A stretch of DNA of 64,000 nucleotides from Squalus acanthias (taxonomy: Eukaryota), in the NCBI GenBank assembly GCA_030390025.1, contig CM059433.1:108376001-108440000 (forward strand), given 5' to 3'. The notes beneath the pieces were generated by a model. The model was not told where the DNA came from. It did no database searches and worked only from the letters and a program-made list of their open reading frames with translations. Shown here one piece after another: positions 60,375 to 64,000 of this stretch. Within the stretch, counting starts at the first letter, position 1. Every line of letters begins with the position of its first letter. The translations under genes and the position numbers were made by a program.

Positions 60375-63211
60375 GTACAGAAATTACTCTACAGAATAAC
60401 GTGCAACTTTATATATTTGAGATAAATGTTGATGGACTGGAAGTCTAGGCCTATTTGTGCCTTTTCTCCAAACAGTTTGACTTCAGTGTTGAATGGTTAT
60501 TGGTGAATCACTCAGGCATAGAGTCTGTGTTGGTATAGCTCGTACCTTCACAAGTTGCACAGCCACAAGTATGCATGTGAGCACTGAATTATAGTCCCGC
60601 CCCTCGCCATTTTTTTGTAAACTATTATATGTGCTAGTTATTTATGAACAAAAAACAATTTGTTTTAGCTAATTAACAAATGTGCACAATTTGAGCTGAC
60701 TGCAAAGGGTTATTGCTGCTAAAGAATTGTGGATCCACAATTCCTTTAATGCACTCTTATAATGGACATGACAAAGAAGCACCAAAAGAATATAGAAACA
60801 ATTGTATCCCCTTGTGACCTGAACTAATTATCCGTGGCTTTTGCACATGTAGTGCTCTGTTGGGAAATCATTTAAACAATAATCCAATAGCCTGAGCCGT
60901 TAATTGGAAGAAGGCTGAGGTTGGAAAATAGAGCCTAACAAACACAGACACAGTGCAGCTAAGGGACCAGACTGTCTGGAGAGAGGAGACTTGCTGCATA
61001 CACTCTGAGCAAAATGAAGGCTATGAGTCACCCACTGAGTGTCACTCAGTATATGACTGTCCTGGAAATTCCTGGGAGGGTGAGCTGTGCAGGACTGGCC
61101 GAGACCCTAGTTCAGTATACTGACCTTGCTTACGGGATGATCTAGAGATGAGCAAAAAGCATAGACTGCATTTCTCTGCATTCTGAGAAATTGTAGGAAA
61201 TGAATGCATCTGCTCATGTCTTTAACAATGTTTTCCATCTGAGGCTTAAACCTATACAAGAAACCTGGGGTTTGAGTTCACCCAGATTCTTGGAATCAAA
61301 TGTTAGCTGAGGAGATTGTTTTTATTCATTCTCGGGATGTGGGCATCGCTGGCAAGGCCGACATTTATTGCCCGTCCCTAGTTGCCATGAGAAGGTGGTG
61401 GTGGGGCGGGGGCACATTCTTGAAACGCATAATGGTTTGGTACAACTGTGAGTAGCTTGCTAGGCCACTTCAGAGGGCAATTGAGTCAATCATATTGGTG
61501 TAGGACTGGAGTCACATAGACCAGACCGAGTTAGGACAACAGGGTGCCTTCCCTAAAGGGTATTAGTGAACCAGTTGATTTTTACGACAAACCAATAGCT
61601 TCATGGTTACAAACAGGACGGTTTGCACCTGAACCAGAGGGGCACCAATATCCTGGGAGGGAAATTTCCTACGGCTCTTCGTGGGGGTTTAAACTAATTT
61701 GTCAGGGGGATGGGAAAAAGGGCTGTAGTCCAGGAGCCAGTGGTGAGTGTAGGGAGGTACTGAGGAGGGTATCAAGGTCGCAGGAATGTACCGGCAGACA
61801 GGAAGATGGCTTGAAGTGTGTCTACTTCAATGCAAGGAGCATCCGGAATAAGGTGGGAGAACTTGGAGCGTGGATTGGTACTTGGGACTACGATGTGGTG
61901 GCCATTACGGAGACATGGTTAGAACAGGGACAGGAATGGTTGTTGGAAGTTCCGGGGTATAGATGTTTCAGTAAGAAAGGTGGAGGAGTAGCATTGTTAA
62001 TCAAGGATAGTTTAACAGCGGCAGAAAGGCAGTTCGAGGGGGATCTGCCGTCTGAGGTAATATGGGCTGAAGTTAGAAATAGGAAAGGAGCGGTCACGTT
62101 GTTAGGAGTTTTCTACAGGCCCCCAAATAGTAATAGAGATGTGGAGGAAGAAATTGCAAAGCAGATTATGAATAGGTGTGGAGGTCACAGAGTAGTTGTC
62201 ATGGGTGACTTCAACTTTCCAAATATTGATTGGAACCTTTATAGGTCAAACAGTTCGGATGGGATAGTTTTTGCACAGTGTGTGCAGGAGGGTTTCCTGA
62301 CACAATATGTGGATAGGCCGACAAGAGGTGGGGCCACGTTGGATTTGGTACTGGGTAATGAACCGGGCCAAGTGTTTGATTTGTATGTGGGAGAGCACTT
62401 TGGAGATAGTGACCACAATTCGGTAACTTTCACTATTGCAATGGAGAGGGATAGGGCCATACGGCAGGGCAGGGTTTATAATTGGGGGAGGGGTAATTAT
62501 GATGCGATTAGGCAAGAATTAGGGAGTATAAGATGGGAACAGAAACTATCAGGGAAAGGCACAAACGAAAAGTGGAGCTTTTTCATGGAGCAATTACTGC
62601 GTGTCCTTGATAGGTATGTCCCTGTCAGGCAGGGAGGAAATGGCCGAGTGAGAGAACCATGGTTCACAAAAGAGGTTGAATGTCTAGTCAAGAGGAAAAA
62701 GGAAGCGTATGTAAGGATGAGAAAACAAGGTTCAGTTGGGTCGATTGAGGGGTACAAGGTAGCAAGGAATGAGCTAAAAAAAAGAGCTTAGGAGAGCTAG
62801 GAGGGGGCATGAGAAGTCCTTGGCGGGTCGGATCAAGAAAAACCCCAAGGCCTTTTACTCTTATGTGAGAAATAAAAGAATGACCAGGGTGAGGGTAGGG
62901 CTGGTCAAGGACAGTAGTGGGAACTTGTGCATGGAGTCAGAAGAGATAGGAGAGATGATGAATGAATACTTTTCGTCAGTGTTCACCGAGGAGAGGGGCC
63001 ATGTTCTTGAGGATGAGAGTGTGATAAAGGTGGATAGGCTGGAGGTGGTAGATGTTCTGAGGGAAGATGTTTTAGCAATTTTGAAGAACCTAAGGGTCGA
63101 TAAGTCCCCTGGGCCAGATGGGATATATCCTAGGATTCTTTGGGAGGCAAGGGAGGAGATTGCAGAGCCTCTGGCTTTGATCTTTGGGTCCTCACTGTCC
63201 ATGGGAATGGT

Positions 63212-63448
63212 CAAAATTGAGAGGTCGCACAACACCAGGTTATAGTCCAACAGTTTTATTTGAAATCACAAGCTTTCGGAGCTATCGATTGCCCCTTCCT
63301 CAGGTGAAGTAACTTTTACTTCACCTGAGGAAGGGGCAATCGATAGCTCCGAAAGCTTGTGATTTCAAATAAAACTGTTGGACTATAACCTGGTGTTGTG
63401 CGACCTCTCAATTTTGTCCACCCCAGTCCAACACCGGCATCTCCGCAT
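63212..63448. mobile_element. Penelope pLTR-derived palindromic insertion with 12-bp TSD
   Basis: Perfect 101-bp inverted arms 63212-63312 and 63316-63416, 3-nt loop, 32-nt tail, TSD catgggaatggt (63200-63211, 63449-63460). Confidence 0.88.
63321..63362 (+). ncRNA. Minimal hammerhead ribozyme motif (mirrored on the minus strand at 63266-63307)
   Basis: TCAC-CTGAGGA-A-GGGGC-aatcgata-GCTCC-GAAA-GCTT-GTGA: stem I TCAC/GTGA, stem II, palindromic AAGCTT, CUU triplet. Confidence 0.72.
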
Positions 63449-64000
63449 CATGGGAATGGTGCCAGAGGACTGGAGAGTGGCGAATGTTGTTCCTCTCTTC
63501 AAGAAAGGAAATAGGAATGACCCTGGTAATTATAGGCCGGTTAGTCTTACTTCGGTGGTTGGTAAGATAATGGAAAAGGTCCTGAGGGATAGGATTTATG
63601 ACCATTTGGAAAGGGGCAACTTAATCAGGAATAGTCAACACGGATTCGTGAAGGGTAAGTCTTGCCTAACAAATTTGATTGAATTCTTTGAGGAGGTAAC
63701 TAAGTGTGTAGATGAAGGTAGAGCAGTTGATGTCGTATACATGGATTTTAGTAAGGCGTTTGATAAGATTCCCCATGGTCGGCTCATGAAGAAAGTAAGG
63801 AGTTGTGGGATAGAGGGAAATTTGGCCGATTGGATAAGTAACTGGCTATCTCATAGAAGGCAGAGGGTGGTGGTGGATGGAAAATTTTCGGACTGGAGAC
63901 CAGTTACCAGCGGTGTGCCACAGGGGTCGGTGCTGGGTCCTCTGCTGTTTGTGATTTTTATCAATGACTTGGAGGAGGGGACTGAAGGGTGGATCAGTAA

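Larger units (their letters stand above)
61608..64000 (+). mobile_element. Well-preserved CR1 LINE (end of ORF1, ORF2 EN and RT), runs off the window, interrupted at 63212-63448
   Basis: YKQDGLHLN ORF1 end, ORF 61544..62791 APE domain, frameshift in an A-run near 62780, RT motifs through PQGSVLGP. Confidence 0.95.

Noticed and set aside
21021-62791. Long ORFs (21021..21755, 24500..25351, 26391..27359, 48622..49287, 61544..62791) as host genes
   Set aside because: They are fragments of CR1 ORF2 broken by frameshifts or insertions.
63212-63416. Pre-miRNA or CRISPR-like structure
   Set aside because: The perfect arms, TSD and pLTR/hammerhead motifs point to a retroelement origin. There is no repeat-spacer array, and the DNA is eukaryotic.

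Overview
This is vertebrate nuclear DNA, almost certainly from a shark or other chondrichthyan, judged by the HE1 V-SINE, SacSINE1-type DeuSINEs and shark-type CR1 and Penelope elements. The whole window lies inside one + strand gene, CEP162 (KIAA1009/QN1). I traced 13 internal coding exons (2073-60374) that splice in consistent phase into one open frame; the start and stop codons lie outside the window. Two consecutive introns use GC donors. The introns hold nested mobile DNA: many CR1 LINEs (one near full length), L2 remnants, Penelope-like elements with minimal hammerhead ribozyme motifs, PIF/Harbinger elements and MITEs, a hAT MITE, tRNA-SINEs and a probable ERV solo LTR. The most unusual items are a perfect 101-bp-arm palindrome carrying a hammerhead motif on each strand with a 12-bp TSD (63200-63460), several tiny TSD-flanked insertions, and a ~480-bp inverted MITE pair in a GC-AG intron. 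All family and orthology calls come from reading the sequence and from recalled consensus motifs. No database search was run, and repeat boundaries without TSDs are approximate.
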